Positions 47,445 to 57,233 are shown, numbered from the stretch's first letter. The stretch: 64,000 nt of DNA from Minisyncoccota bacterium (GCA_022842945.1 JALHOO010000001.1:93830-157829); one strand, 5' to 3'. Notes: generated by a model from the letters alone, not told the origin. Made by a program: numbers and translations.

Positions 47445-48713
47445 CTAGCGAACTATAATGCTTACGAGCTCGTCCTTAGAGACGGCATCCTCCTGTCCGC
47501 TTTCAAGCGTCTTAAGCTTCAGACTGCCGGACGTCGCTTCGTTCTCTCCATAGGCTGCAAAGTACGGAATGCCACGCTTAACCGCCTCCTTAATCTGGTC
47601 TCCGAGGCTCTTTCCCGACACGTTAACCAATACACTCACACCTTGCTTCCTTAGCGAATCTGCAAGCACCTGTGCAGAGGCAATATCGTTCTCGGTTGGG
47701 GTGCCTATAAACAGGCGTGCTCCAGACACTGCCTGTGGAAGGAGATTGTGCGTGGTGAGGAAGTCGATAAGCGTCTCAACACCAATAGCAAACCCAACTG
47801 CCGGTACCTGCTCGCCGCCATAGAGCGCAACCAGTCCGTCATAGCGTCCGCCACCAAGGAGCGCGCGTGGGTTCTCAGGGTTGGTATCAAACACTTCGAA
47901 CACGAGGCCAGTGTAGTAGAGGAAGCCGCGAGCGATGGTGGGATCGAACTCAACGTTATCCATGCCACGCTCCTTAAGGGCCTCGATAAGTTCCATGAAT
48001 TCTTGATACACCGCGTCCACGGATTCGTTGGTGCGAGCTTCAATAAGCTCAAGCGGATCAGTGCCGTTCTTGCGATACACAGCGCGTGCAGTCTCAAAGT
48101 CTTCAGCACTCATCTTGTCCTTGCGATCAATGACAGAGAGGTACTCCGTAACCTCGAGAGGAGAGAGTCCGAGTGCTTCGCCCGCGGCATTAATAAGAGA
48201 ACGGGAGTTCATGCGGATACGGAAGTCCTTGTTCTCTGCACCAAACGCACGCAGTATCTCGTACGCCATAACAACGGCTTCGCCTTCAGCTTTCGCGCCT
48301 TCTATGCCGATAATGTCGACGTCTGCCTGGTAGAACTCGCGGGAACGTCCCTTCTGCGGGCGCTCGTAGCGGAAGCGGTTTCCAATAGAGAACCAGCGAA
48401 GAGGATATACAAGCTCGCGACGGCGTCCAGCAACCATACGTGCCAAGGTTGGGGTCATCTCAGGGCGCAGCGTAACGCGACGGTCCCCACGGTCCGTAAA
48501 GGTATAGGTCTGCTGGCTTACGATCTCTTCTGAGGTCTTGCTCTCGTAGAGCTCTGCGCGCTCAAGGGGAGACGCCTGGTATTCCTCAAACCCGTAGAGA
48601 CGGAGGGTTCTACGGATAGTCTCAAAGACTGAGGACACGCGTGCCCAGTCTAGGGGGTAATAGTCATGTACGCCCTTGTAGGGTTCGGTGGAAAGGGGCT
48701 GCTTGTCGGTCAT
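47445..48713 (-). CDS. hisS: histidyl-tRNA synthetase
   Basis: Class II motifs and a C-terminal anticodon-binding domain; 422 aa. Confidence 0.93.
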   Translation of the reverse strand: MTDKQPLSTEPYKGVHDYYPLDWARVSSVFETIRRTLRLYGFEEYQASPLERAELYESKTSEEIVSQQTYTFTDRGDRRVTLRPEMTPTLARMVAGRRRELVYPLRWFSIGNRFRYERPQKGRSREFYQADVDIIGIEGAKAEGEAVVMAYEILRAFGAENKDFRIRMNSRSLINAAGEALGLSPLEVTEYLSVIDRKDKMSAEDFETARAVYRKNGTDPLELIEARTNESVDAVYQEFMELIEALKERGMDNVEFDPTIARGFLYYTGLVFEVFDTNPENPRALLGGGRYDGLVALYGGEQVPAVGFAIGVETLIDFLTTHNLLPQAVSGARLFIGTPTENDIASAQVLADSLRKQGVSVLVNVSGKSLGDQIKEAVKRGIPYFAAYGENEATSGSLKLKTLESGQEDAVSKDELVSIIVR

Positions 48714-48756
48714 GTCCTGATTCTAGCAAATAAAGAGAAAAGCCCTATCCCAGTAT

Positions 48757-49326
48757 CTAGGGGTTCTTTCGATGCTGAAGCTCCGCTATTTCGCTCATGA
48801 TGAGGTCCCGCATACCGGTTGGGTTGTCCACGCCGTCTATAACGAAGTCCTTCGATTCGGTGCCCGCGGTCTGGACACGTACGGAGCCATACCCAAGCAA
48901 GTCTGCAAAGATGCCGTTCACGTCTGTGGTTACGTCCTGAACGCGGGAGAGGAGGAAGCTCGAGACCTCGCGGTTAAAGAAACCATGCTGACGCACGCGT
49001 ACGATACGGTTCGTTGTAATAACCCAGTGGTTCAAGTAGTACTGGGTGAAGATATTGAAACTTCCAATCCACAAGAACACCCACCACAATCCAAGGAACA
49101 TACGGAACCATGGGTTCTCAGCTGTGAACGCTCCAAAGAGCGAAACCGCGTCAGGACTTGCTGCTGCAAACTTCATAAGGAGAGCTGGTACGAATGTCGG
49201 TAACCACGCAAGCAGAAGGAACGGAATCAAAGAGGTAACAAGCACGAACCAGTGCTTCCTGACGGTCCGAGTTACGCGCTCACCTTGATCTAGCTGGAAT
49301 TCTTCCATATCAGCCGGTGAAGCCAC
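48757..49326 (-). CDS. hypothetical membrane protein (2-3 TM, PH-like C-terminal region)
   Basis: Hydrophobic N-terminal half. Confidence 0.5.
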   Translation of the reverse strand: MASPADMEEFQLDQGERVTRTVRKHWFVLVTSLIPFLLLAWLPTFVPALLMKFAAASPDAVSLFGAFTAENPWFRMFLGLWWVFLWIGSFNIFTQYYLNHWVITTNRIVRVRQHGFFNREVSSFLLSRVQDVTTDVNGIFADLLGYGSVRVQTAGTESKDFVIDGVDNPTGMRDLIMSEIAELQHRKNP

Positions 49327-49552
49327 TAACGGCGTAGAGTGCCAGGTACCCTGACACCACTACGTGGGTAATGAGTGCAGGAATTGCTATGGAGGAACGG
49401 TGTCCGTAGCGGAGCCAGTGGTAGGTGGTAATAAGGGTATAGAGCGCCCAGAGGATGAACAACACCGCAAAGACCACGGCCACCACCTGGTCTGCACTCA
49501 CATTCTGGAGAAATGCGGGGAGGGTAAGCGCTTCAAGCGGCTCGGTCTGCAT
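49310..49552 (-). CDS. small membrane protein (80 aa)
   Basis: Two hydrophobic helices; overlaps neighbouring genes by a few nt. Confidence 0.35.
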   Translation of the reverse strand: MQTEPLEALTLPAFLQNVSADQVVAVVFAVLFILWALYTLITTYHWLRYGHRSSIAIPALITHVVVSGYLALYAVSGFTG

Positions 49553-50304
49553 TAGTCGTAGTATCCCACGACCACCCGTGGCCTGCCATACAGATCAGTG
49601 CGTATCGCGGCCTCTCTCGCACCTCCTTCCAGAAGGAGATTCTTCGCCTCCTCAATGTTGTCTATATCGCACTCCATCCATAGTTCGCCCCTAGGAAGAA
49701 GATGAGAGGGGGTGTCCCGAGCAATGAAGCGCACGAGGTCTAACCCGTCAGTACCTGCAAAGAGTGCCTCGGAAGGTTCGAAGTCTGTAACGCTCTTCTC
49801 AAGTTCTCGCTCAGAGGGAACGTAGGGCGGATTCGTTGCAATAACGTTGAAGCAGACGTCAGGAAGTGCAGAGAATAGATCTCCTTGGTGCAGTTGTGCA
49901 CGCGACACATCAATATCGTTTATTAAAAGGTTCGCTTGAATCTGCGCCACATGCTCGGGGACGAGCTCTGCAAAATGCACTCGCGCATTGGGAAGTGCAC
50001 AGAGCACACTGATGCCTATAGCTCCAGAACCTGCACACAGATCGAGAAGCGTGAACGGGGAATCTCCAAACTTCTCCTTGAGATGTTCTATAAGATCGAG
50101 TGTCCACCATTCCGTCTCAGGACGGGGAATCAAGGGACGCGTGGCAAGCTCAATGCGTACTCCGCAGAAGGGAATCCAGCCTATGACATAAGCAAGGGGC
50201 TCTCCAGAAGAGAGACGCTGAAGATCCTCCGTCAAATCCGCTGTACGATCTCCATTGTATTTGTCTCGTATGAGGAGCTCTCGCTCCTTGGTGTCGGCTT
50301 CCAT
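49552..50304 (-). CDS. prmC: release-factor glutamine N5-methyltransferase (HemK/PrmC)
   Basis: NPPY motif (VIATNPPYVPSE) and SAM motif I LDLCAGSGAIG. Confidence 0.85.
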   Translation of the reverse strand: MEADTKERELLIRDKYNGDRTADLTEDLQRLSSGEPLAYVIGWIPFCGVRIELATRPLIPRPETEWWTLDLIEHLKEKFGDSPFTLLDLCAGSGAIGISVLCALPNARVHFAELVPEHVAQIQANLLINDIDVSRAQLHQGDLFSALPDVCFNVIATNPPYVPSERELEKSVTDFEPSEALFAGTDGLDLVRFIARDTPSHLLPRGELWMECDIDNIEEAKNLLLEGGAREAAIRTDLYGRPRVVVGYYD

Positions 50305-50340
50305 ATATCCACTGTACAGGAAATAGCGCGGTTGCGAGAG

Positions 50341-50799
50341 ATGCTAAGCTTTACCCACATGAAAGCCTTCTACAGCATCCTGTTCTCTGTGTTCTTCCTT
50401 GCACTTGTAGCGTTGAGCTACGTATATCTCTATGACGCAGGACGCCTCGTTACCACTATCCCTTGGACTGACCTCATACTGCTCTCGCTCGCAACCTTCC
50501 GCCTCGTGCGCCTCTTCACGTACGACCACATAACCGCATTTCTGCGGGAGTGGGTGCGTACCTCAAAAGAGGGAACGTTCCTCGGTACAGTCCGCGATCT
50601 TCTCAACTGCCCATGGTGCACGGGTGTATGGTTCGCATTTCTCGCGTATGTAGGATACGCGGTTAGTCGGGACGCGGTTATGCCAGTTATTTTGATCCTC
50701 GCCATTGCAGGACTCGCTTCGTTCTTCCAGGTATTTACGAACCTCGTAGGTTGGAACGCAGAGGACAAGAAGATAGATGTTAAACACAAGGCAGACTAA
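50341..50799 (+). CDS. DUF1360-like integral membrane protein
   Basis: Start set at an internal ATG; four hydrophobic helices; CPWCTGVW motif. Confidence 0.5.
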   Translation: MLSFTHMKAFYSILFSVFFLALVALSYVYLYDAGRLVTTIPWTDLILLSLATFRLVRLFTYDHITAFLREWVRTSKEGTFLGTVRDLLNCPWCTGVWFAFLAYVGYAVSRDAVMPVILILAIAGLASFFQVFTNLVGWNAEDKKIDVKHKAD

Positions 50800-50847
50800 A
50801 TAAGAAAAAGACCCCTCAGTGAGGGGTCTTTTTCTTTCAGGGGCTAA

Positions 50848-51228
50848 TTAGTAGCCGCCCTGGTATCCACCGCTGTTGCCGCCGCCGAAGCCGCCGCCAC
50901 GATTTCCACCACGATCGCCGCCGCCGAAGCCGCCGCGGTTACCGCCACCGAATCCACCCTCGCGAGGAGGACGGTCACCCTGGGGACGAGCCATAGATAC
51001 GGAGAGCATGCGCCCGTCCATCTCCTTGCCATCCCAACGGTCGATAGCAGCCTGGCCTTCAGCCTCAGATGCCATCTCGACGAAGCCGAATCCGCGAGAG
51101 CGGCCGGTCATACGATCGCTGATAATGCTTGCGGATGCTACCTCACCAGCTTCCTGAAAAGCGGTGCGGAGCTCATCCTCGGTCGTGCGGTACGGGATAC
51201 CGCCGACGTATAGTTTGCATGTTGCCAT
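50848..51228 (-). CDS. RRM-type RNA-binding protein with a Gly/Arg-rich C-terminal tail
   Basis: RNP-2 KLYVGGIPY and RNP-1 RGFGFVEM; tail is GGFGGGNRGGFGGGDRGG... Confidence 0.75.
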   Translation of the reverse strand: MATCKLYVGGIPYRTTEDELRTAFQEAGEVASASIISDRMTGRSRGFGFVEMASEAEGQAAIDRWDGKEMDGRMLSVSMARPQGDRPPREGGFGGGNRGGFGGGDRGGNRGGGFGGGNSGGYQGGY

Positions 51229-51422
51229 GTGGCTTGTAGATTCCTGGATAACCTCGCTGATGCCGAACGCTAGGAGCAATTTGGAGTTTCGGCGAGTTAT
51301 TCGCAGTATGCGATAAATTAGGTTTTCACGCAATGAATGCCTAGGTATAACGGGGATAGCGACACCGCTGCATTTGAATAATGCGATAAATGTGTTAGAA
51401 TGTTTCCAGAAAGCCGCAAGGC

Positions 51423-52112
51423 TTGATCATTCATACAGACAAAGGAATTTTCATGACACGAACCGCTTCGCGTCCCAAACTACACCTGAGGCCTATCGAG
51501 GAGCAGCTCAACTCGGTGCTGAAGCTCAGTACCGTGTTCCATCCAGAGCATGCGCTCAACTGGGCAGAGACAAGCGCAACAATCGTCCCTCCCGGTTATG
51601 CCGGATTCCTGGCTGTGCCGCTCTTTAGTAGCTTCGGATTCCTGCGGATTCCGGTGGCGAATGAGGCGTGGGGCAAGAAGACTGGGTGGAAGCTTCACAC
51701 TAGTGTTCCTGGTCTCAAGGGAGAGCACAACAAGCATCGTGCTGACGATTTCGTCGTGAGCCAACGCACCCTCGACGCGTACAAGAGACTCGATGCGCAA
51801 CAGGCAGTCCTTAATGGGCAGTTCGATGCCAATCGACTTCGTGTCTTCCCGGTTCGCTTTAGTGAGGAGGCGGAACCCGAGCTTCTCGAGAACGAGTTCC
51901 ATCTCGATCTCGGTTCGCTCATCTGGTTTCTGGCTACGCACTCGGAATGGAAAGCTCTGCAAGGAGGTCTCCTTCTGCGGTGTCTCGGCGAGACGCATGT
52001 GTCGCATGCCAGTATCCTCGTTGGGTACCAGCACATGGAACGAGTACTGTCGGTGCCCACTTCCTCCATGAAGACCCACGGGCTTGTCGTCATCGGAAGG
52101 GCCCCGGCCTGA
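51423..52112 (+). CDS. hypothetical protein (229 aa)
   Basis: High-GC ORF with no motif recognised. Confidence 0.4.
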   Translation: MIIHTDKGIFMTRTASRPKLHLRPIEEQLNSVLKLSTVFHPEHALNWAETSATIVPPGYAGFLAVPLFSSFGFLRIPVANEAWGKKTGWKLHTSVPGLKGEHNKHRADDFVVSQRTLDAYKRLDAQQAVLNGQFDANRLRVFPVRFSEEAEPELLENEFHLDLGSLIWFLATHSEWKALQGGLLLRCLGETHVSHASILVGYQHMERVLSVPTSSMKTHGLVVIGRAPA

Positions 52113-52148
52113 AAAGAAGCCGTCCACGCGAACGTGGACGGCTTTTCT

Positions 52149-52847
52149 CTATCCCTTCTTCGTCTGAAGCTCCCTAATAGAGCGGTTCCGGTGGATGAGT
52201 TCGTCGTTTCGGATGGACTCAAAGAGTTCGTACTCGCACCGCGCCGTACGGCCGTAGAAGACGAGAAACTCCGAGTACACGGGTGTGTCGCGAAGACGTT
52301 CGCCGTTCTCAACAAGGAACTGCTGGTACTGGTTGTACGCGTGGTTCTCGAAGAGGTAGTTAAGCTCAAGCGCTGAGCGACGCGAGAACATGTAGAGAAG
52401 GTAAATGGTCCAGAAATAGAAGAGCGCAAACACAAGCGGAATGAATACATGGCGGAAGAAGCCTTCGCACTTAAGCCGCTTAACTATTTGAGAGATAACA
52501 ACCACATGCATCGTCTCGTTGTCCTGAGCCTCGCGGGAGAAGGTGCTGGTCTTTGTGAGTTCAATGGCGCGCTCTTCGTTTGAGTAGAGTCCGGTGAGGA
52601 GGGTGTAGGAGGCAACTTCCCAAGACTGGTAGGGAATGCGAGCAATAACCTCTATAGCTTTGAACTTCTCGTAGCTTGGCTTCTTTCCGTACACTAGGGT
52701 GCCGGACCCAACCAATAGGCACCCGAGGACGCGTGCAAGAAATCCTGGACGATAGTTGTCATAGGCGCGCGCATACTCAGCGCGAAGCACAGGATCGTTC
52801 AATTCTTTAACGAGTGCCTCGTGAGCGTTAAACTGTTCTTCGTTCAT
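52149..52847 (-). CDS. alternative oxidase / PTOX-like di-iron carboxylate quinol oxidase (putative)
   Basis: Four Glu/His motifs in the AOX order: IEVIARIP, NETMH, FENHAYNQY, RNDELIH. Membrane-associated hydrophobic segment between motifs 2 and 3. Confidence 0.6.
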   Translation of the reverse strand: MNEEQFNAHEALVKELNDPVLRAEYARAYDNYRPGFLARVLGCLLVGSGTLVYGKKPSYEKFKAIEVIARIPYQSWEVASYTLLTGLYSNEERAIELTKTSTFSREAQDNETMHVVVISQIVKRLKCEGFFRHVFIPLVFALFYFWTIYLLYMFSRRSALELNYLFENHAYNQYQQFLVENGERLRDTPVYSEFLVFYGRTARCEYELFESIRNDELIHRNRSIRELQTKKG

Positions 52848-52866
52848 ACGAATAATCTAGCATGCG

Positions 52867-54522
52867 CTATACGCTCTTGAGCATATCGCGCTCAATGTCT
52901 GCGAACGTACCGTGTACTTTCTTGCCTGGATTAAAGATGTCGGTTGGGTCGAATATGTCTTTGGTCTTCTCAAACAGAGACACCATCTCGTTCCCGAAGA
53001 GCTGAGGCAGATACGGCGTACGGATGATGCCGTCGTTATGCTCGCCGGTGGTGGTACCGCCGTATTTAATAACGAGATCGTACACGCGAGGAGAAAGCTC
53101 AAGGATAACGTCGCGTACCGTGGGATCGGAAAGATCCATAAGAGGAATGATATGGAAGTTCCCGTTCCCGATGTGTCCGGCAATGGTGTAGAGGAGATCA
53201 TACTCCGCAAGAAGACTATTAAGTTCCGGCATGAACTCAGGATATGAGTCAGGGGAGACAACGAAGTCGTCGATAAACGGGGCGGCATAGAGACCCTTTG
53301 CGTTTTTGCGGAGAAGCGCAAAACTCTCGCGACGCACCTTCCAGTATTTCGCTGAAGCTTTCTCGTCTCGCTTTATGCTCATAGGAAGACCAAGGGGCAT
53401 GAGTGCCGCCTTGGCAGCCGTTGCCTTAAACAGTGCCTCCTCATGGGTGTCTTCTGAGAACTCAGCCATAAGAACAAGCTTTGGTACGCCGCCGCGCAGC
53501 ACCATGCCAACCTCAGGAAGGAAGGAGAATCCAAGCTTCGCCGCTTCAACCACACCCATTTGTGAGAGCATCTGTGGGAGGAACTTAATAGCGAGTTCAA
53601 AGGTATGGTCGTCATAAGACTCAAAGCTCTCTGGATTGAAGGGAAGTACCTTCCGCACAATCTCAGGAAGAACCGCAATGTCGTCGAGGAAGATAACGAG
53701 CATGGAGCGGAATCCCTGCTCGCGTACCAGGCTGAGCTTCATCTTCGTGGTAAGGGCAAGCGTACCCTGTGCGCCACAGATAAGCTTCGCAAGGTTCATA
53801 CTGCCGTGTTCCTCCATAACGTCCCAGAGTGCGTACCCGGCTGAGTTCTTGGATACCTTCGGACGTGCCTTCTCGATGAGGGTCTTGTTCTCTGTTATGA
53901 GTGCGCGGAGGTCTCTATATATCCGGCCCTCCAAAGTATCAAGGGCAACCTTTGCGTCCACCTCTTCTTTTGTGAGGGATTTGAATACCGCCTGAGTCCC
54001 GTCTGCAAGCACTACATCTACTTCCTCTACATACTTGCGTGTCTTTCCGTACTCGAGCGTTCGTTCGCCTCCCGAGTCGTTGTTAAGAAGCCCGCCCATG
54101 GCAGCTATTTCGCGGGAAGCCGGGAAGGAGGGAAGTATCTGGCCGCCTTCAGCAAGCGTGGCCTTCTCGAAGTCGCGATAGTAGACGCCAGGCTCGGCTA
54201 CGGCATAGCCCTCGCGCACCTCAATAACGTGGTTCATGTACTTCGTGAACACCGCAACCACCGAGTCCGTAAGCGATCCTCCTGACATACAGGTGCCGGC
54301 AGAGCGTCCGGTAACAGACGCTCTGATACCGTCCTTCTTTGCGCCTGCGATAGTCCGCACCAACGCAGACACATCATCTGCATTCTTGGGATACACCACG
54401 ATCTCCGGGGTACGCGAGAAGATACTGGTATCGCGCGAGAAAAGTGCTCGCGTCTTCGTGTCGTTGAGTACGTCTCCTTTAATGCTTGCACGTATGCGTG
54501 TACTAAGTTCAGTGTCAGCCAT
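52867..54522 (-). CDS. FAD-linked oxidase (GlcD/D-lactate dehydrogenase / PCMH-type FAD-binding family)
   Basis: N-terminal FAD-binding PCMH domain plus C-terminal substrate domain; 551 aa. Confidence 0.85.
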   Translation of the reverse strand: MADTELSTRIRASIKGDVLNDTKTRALFSRDTSIFSRTPEIVVYPKNADDVSALVRTIAGAKKDGIRASVTGRSAGTCMSGGSLTDSVVAVFTKYMNHVIEVREGYAVAEPGVYYRDFEKATLAEGGQILPSFPASREIAAMGGLLNNDSGGERTLEYGKTRKYVEEVDVVLADGTQAVFKSLTKEEVDAKVALDTLEGRIYRDLRALITENKTLIEKARPKVSKNSAGYALWDVMEEHGSMNLAKLICGAQGTLALTTKMKLSLVREQGFRSMLVIFLDDIAVLPEIVRKVLPFNPESFESYDDHTFELAIKFLPQMLSQMGVVEAAKLGFSFLPEVGMVLRGGVPKLVLMAEFSEDTHEEALFKATAAKAALMPLGLPMSIKRDEKASAKYWKVRRESFALLRKNAKGLYAAPFIDDFVVSPDSYPEFMPELNSLLAEYDLLYTIAGHIGNGNFHIIPLMDLSDPTVRDVILELSPRVYDLVIKYGGTTTGEHNDGIIRTPYLPQLFGNEMVSLFEKTKDIFDPTDIFNPGKKVHGTFADIERDMLKSV

Positions 54523-54549
54523 TACGCTCTAGTATACCGTGTGATAGCT

Positions 54550-54990
54550 CTAGGGATGGTGTCCCGCGACACGGAAGTTCACATGGAGATTGAAGAGATA
54601 GTTCGCAAACCCAACTACACACGCAACCAGCACGCGCGCAACTAAGTAGTGAAGCGCAAAGAAGGCAACGAGGAAGGTAACGGCGCCTGTAATAAGGAGC
54701 GCGCCTCCTCCTGCAAACAGGATGAAGTACACATACCCGTGATGTATGCGGCGCTCGGTACCTTTGAATACAAACGTGCGTGAAAGCAGATAGTTAATCG
54801 AGACTGCTATAAGGAAGCCCAGGGCGGTGGAGATTTGGTAGGGCACCCCAAACAGCTCCGTCATGATCCAGATAAGCACAAGATCGAACGCAAATGTTGA
54901 TCCGCCAACAAGGGCATACTTCAGAAACCTTTTATAGGTGGGATTCTGCAGATGCTTCATGGTTCGTATGATAGCCCAGAAAAGGGTCAA
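54550..54990 (-). CDS. GtrA-family membrane protein
   Basis: RFLKYALVGGSTFAFDLVLIWIMTELFG is the GtrA signature; four TM helices. Confidence 0.7.
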   Translation of the reverse strand: MTLFWAIIRTMKHLQNPTYKRFLKYALVGGSTFAFDLVLIWIMTELFGVPYQISTALGFLIAVSINYLLSRTFVFKGTERRIHHGYVYFILFAGGGALLITGAVTFLVAFFALHYLVARVLVACVVGFANYLFNLHVNFRVAGHHP

Positions 54991-55008
54991 TGGTATACTG
55001 CCTCTATT

Positions 55009-55956
55009 ATGGAAGATTCAGTACCCGCACTCCGCATTGAAGACCTTAAGAAACTGTACGCAAAGGATAAGAAGGTAGCGGGGACTGAAGCACTCAAGGG
55101 GGTATCCCTCACTATTCAAAAGGGAGAGTTCTTTGGACTTCTTGGACCCAATGGTGCCGGAAAGACGAGCCTCATTGGTATAGCTTCGGGGCTTGTGGTG
55201 AAGACTTCAGGAACGGTTGAAGTTATGGGTTCTCCTATAGACACGGATCCCGTAACGGCAAAGACCCACATAGGTCTTGTGCCGCAGGAACTCAACTTCG
55301 ATATCTTCGAGACTCCACTCAACATCATCGTTAATCAGGCCGGATACTACGGCATCCCGCGCGCAACCGCTCTTCCGCGTGCAGAGCAGATTCTTAAGGA
55401 CCTTGGCCTCTGGGACAAGAGGGACGTGGCCTCGCAGAAACTCTCAGGAGGCATGAAGCGCCGCCTTCTCATTGCGCGCGCTCTTATTCACGAGCCACGT
55501 ATCCTTCTCCTCGACGAGCCAACAGCGGGAGTGGATGTCGAACTCCGTCGCGGCATGTGGGAGTACTTGAGGAAGATCAACGCGGCAGGCACCACTATTG
55601 TTCTCACGACCCACTATCTTGAAGAAGCAGAACAGCTCTGCAAGCGCGTCGCCATCATCAACAAGGGCGAGATTATCGAACAGGGAAGCGTGAAAGAACT
55701 TATAGGAAAGCTCAGCTTCGCGACCCTGCTTCTGGACACTGTAGAGCCCGTAACACCTGCACAGATTGCACTCATGCGAGATTTGCCTGTTACCGTCATT
55801 GACGACAACACGCTTGAACTTACGCTTAAGCCAAACGAGATCGTAAACGACTCTATCCGTCTCATGACGAAGATTGGTATCAGCATCAAGAACATCCGGA
55901 ACTCCGGAAGCCGTCTTGAGGAAGTGTTCGTTAATCTTATTGAAAAAGGCTCCTAG
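55009..55956 (+). CDS. ABC transporter ATP-binding protein (ABC-2 type)
   Basis: Walker A GPNGAGKTS, signature LSGGMKRRL, Walker B LLLDEPT. Confidence 0.9.
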   Translation: MEDSVPALRIEDLKKLYAKDKKVAGTEALKGVSLTIQKGEFFGLLGPNGAGKTSLIGIASGLVVKTSGTVEVMGSPIDTDPVTAKTHIGLVPQELNFDIFETPLNIIVNQAGYYGIPRATALPRAEQILKDLGLWDKRDVASQKLSGGMKRRLLIARALIHEPRILLLDEPTAGVDVELRRGMWEYLRKINAAGTTIVLTTHYLEEAEQLCKRVAIINKGEIIEQGSVKELIGKLSFATLLLDTVEPVTPAQIALMRDLPVTVIDDNTLELTLKPNEIVNDSIRLMTKIGISIKNIRNSGSRLEEVFVNLIEKGS

Positions 55957-55957
55957 T

Positions 55958-56731
55958 ATGACTACCGCTCCTATCTTCATCGGGTACTACACGATGCTCC
56001 GCAAGGACATCAGGCGCATTCTGCGTATCTGGTCTCAGACCCTGCTTCCTCCAGTTGTTACTACAACCCTGTACTACCTCATCTTCGGTGCCTTTATCGG
56101 AAGCCAGGTACAGCCTATCGACGGGTTTTCGTACATGCAGTTTATTGTGCCGGGCCTCGTTATGATGACGGTTATTACGAGCGCCTACATGAATACGGTC
56201 TCCACCTTCTATTTCGCAAAGTGGGTGCACACGCTCGACGAGCTCTTGGTGTCACCGATGCCGTCGTGGGTAGTTATTGCAGGCTTTGTGTCTGGAGGCG
56301 TTGCGCGTGCGGTTATGGTGGCGGTACTCGTGCTCATCGTCTCCTTGTTCTTCACGCACATGACCATCGTGTCCATTGGCATCGTTATTGCTGCCATCCT
56401 CCTTACGGCTATACTCTTTGCGCTCGCAGGACTCCTGAACGGTATGTTTGCGAAGTCCTTTGATGCCATTAGCATCATTCCAACCTTCGTCCTCACGCCA
56501 CTTACATACCTTGGCGGTGTCTTCTACTCTATAGATCAGCTTCCAGAGTTCTTCCGTATCATCTCGCTCGCAAACCCGGTCCTCTATATGGTTAACGCGT
56601 TCCGCTACGGATTCCTTGGTATTTCAGACGTACCGATTGGTCTCGCGTTCGGTGTGATGATTGGGTTCATCGTTGTCCTTCTCGCAATTGTGCTGTGGCT
56701 CTTCCATAAGGGAGCAGGGCTGAAGAACTAG
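55958..56731 (+). CDS. ABC-2 family transporter permease
   Basis: Six TM helices; starts 2 nt after the ATPase stop. Confidence 0.8.
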   Translation: MTTAPIFIGYYTMLRKDIRRILRIWSQTLLPPVVTTTLYYLIFGAFIGSQVQPIDGFSYMQFIVPGLVMMTVITSAYMNTVSTFYFAKWVHTLDELLVSPMPSWVVIAGFVSGGVARAVMVAVLVLIVSLFFTHMTIVSIGIVIAAILLTAILFALAGLLNGMFAKSFDAISIIPTFVLTPLTYLGGVFYSIDQLPEFFRIISLANPVLYMVNAFRYGFLGISDVPIGLAFGVMIGFIVVLLAIVLWLFHKGAGLKN

Positions 56732-56756
56732 AGGTTCGATCCCTAGTCTGCCACCA

Positions 56757-56789
56757 TAAAAAATACCCTTGCGATTTTGGTCGCAAGGG
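56757..56789 (-). terminator. terminator of the 56808..57233 gene
   Basis: CCCTTGCGA-TTTTGG-TCGCAAGGG followed by a minus-strand TATTTTTTA. Confidence 0.55.
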
Positions 56790-56807
56790 CAAGTGTGAGA
56801 ACAAGTC

Positions 56808-57233
56808 TCAGGGTTTAGGGGCGTACTTCTGACAAATCAGTTCGTCATGGACCTCGGCCGCAACCGCGCTCATGGCGAGCTCGGCGAGCATGGCTCTTGG
56901 CGAAAGCTCGAAGAAGCGTCCCGCGGGTCCTGCCCTGAAGTTGCGTTCGTCCTCTACCCAGTAGACTTCGCATCCCAACACCGTAGCGATGGATGCGCGG
57001 GAGTAATACTGACCGTCTTCGAAGCTCCTTCCCGCAGTTACGATCTTTGCGAGCGTTGCAGTCGTAAACCTCTTCTTCTTGAACCAGGCCTGGAGTTTCT
57101 CCTTCACTGATTTGTAGAACCAGTGCGGATTCATATCAGTGGAGGAGGGCGGATTCTGGAACTCGATCGCATCGGGCCCCAAATTATTTTCCCGAATGAA
57201 CCTCAGGGCAAGGTCTGCAATGTACTTTCCCAT
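56808..57233 (-). CDS. hypothetical protein (141 aa)
   Basis: ORF with a downstream terminator. Confidence 0.5.
   Translation of the reverse strand: MGKYIADLALRFIRENNLGPDAIEFQNPPSSTDMNPHWFYKSVKEKLQAWFKKKRFTTATLAKIVTAGRSFEDGQYYSRASIATVLGCEVYWVEDERNFRAGPAGRFFELSPRAMLAELAMSAVAAEVHDELICQKYAPKP

Noticed and set aside
56679-56756. Possible full tRNA ending in GGTTCGATCCC…CCACCA
   Set aside because: There is no complementary 5' acceptor strand or anticodon arm, and the region upstream is the 3' end of the ABC permease CDS. It is kept only as a fragment observation.
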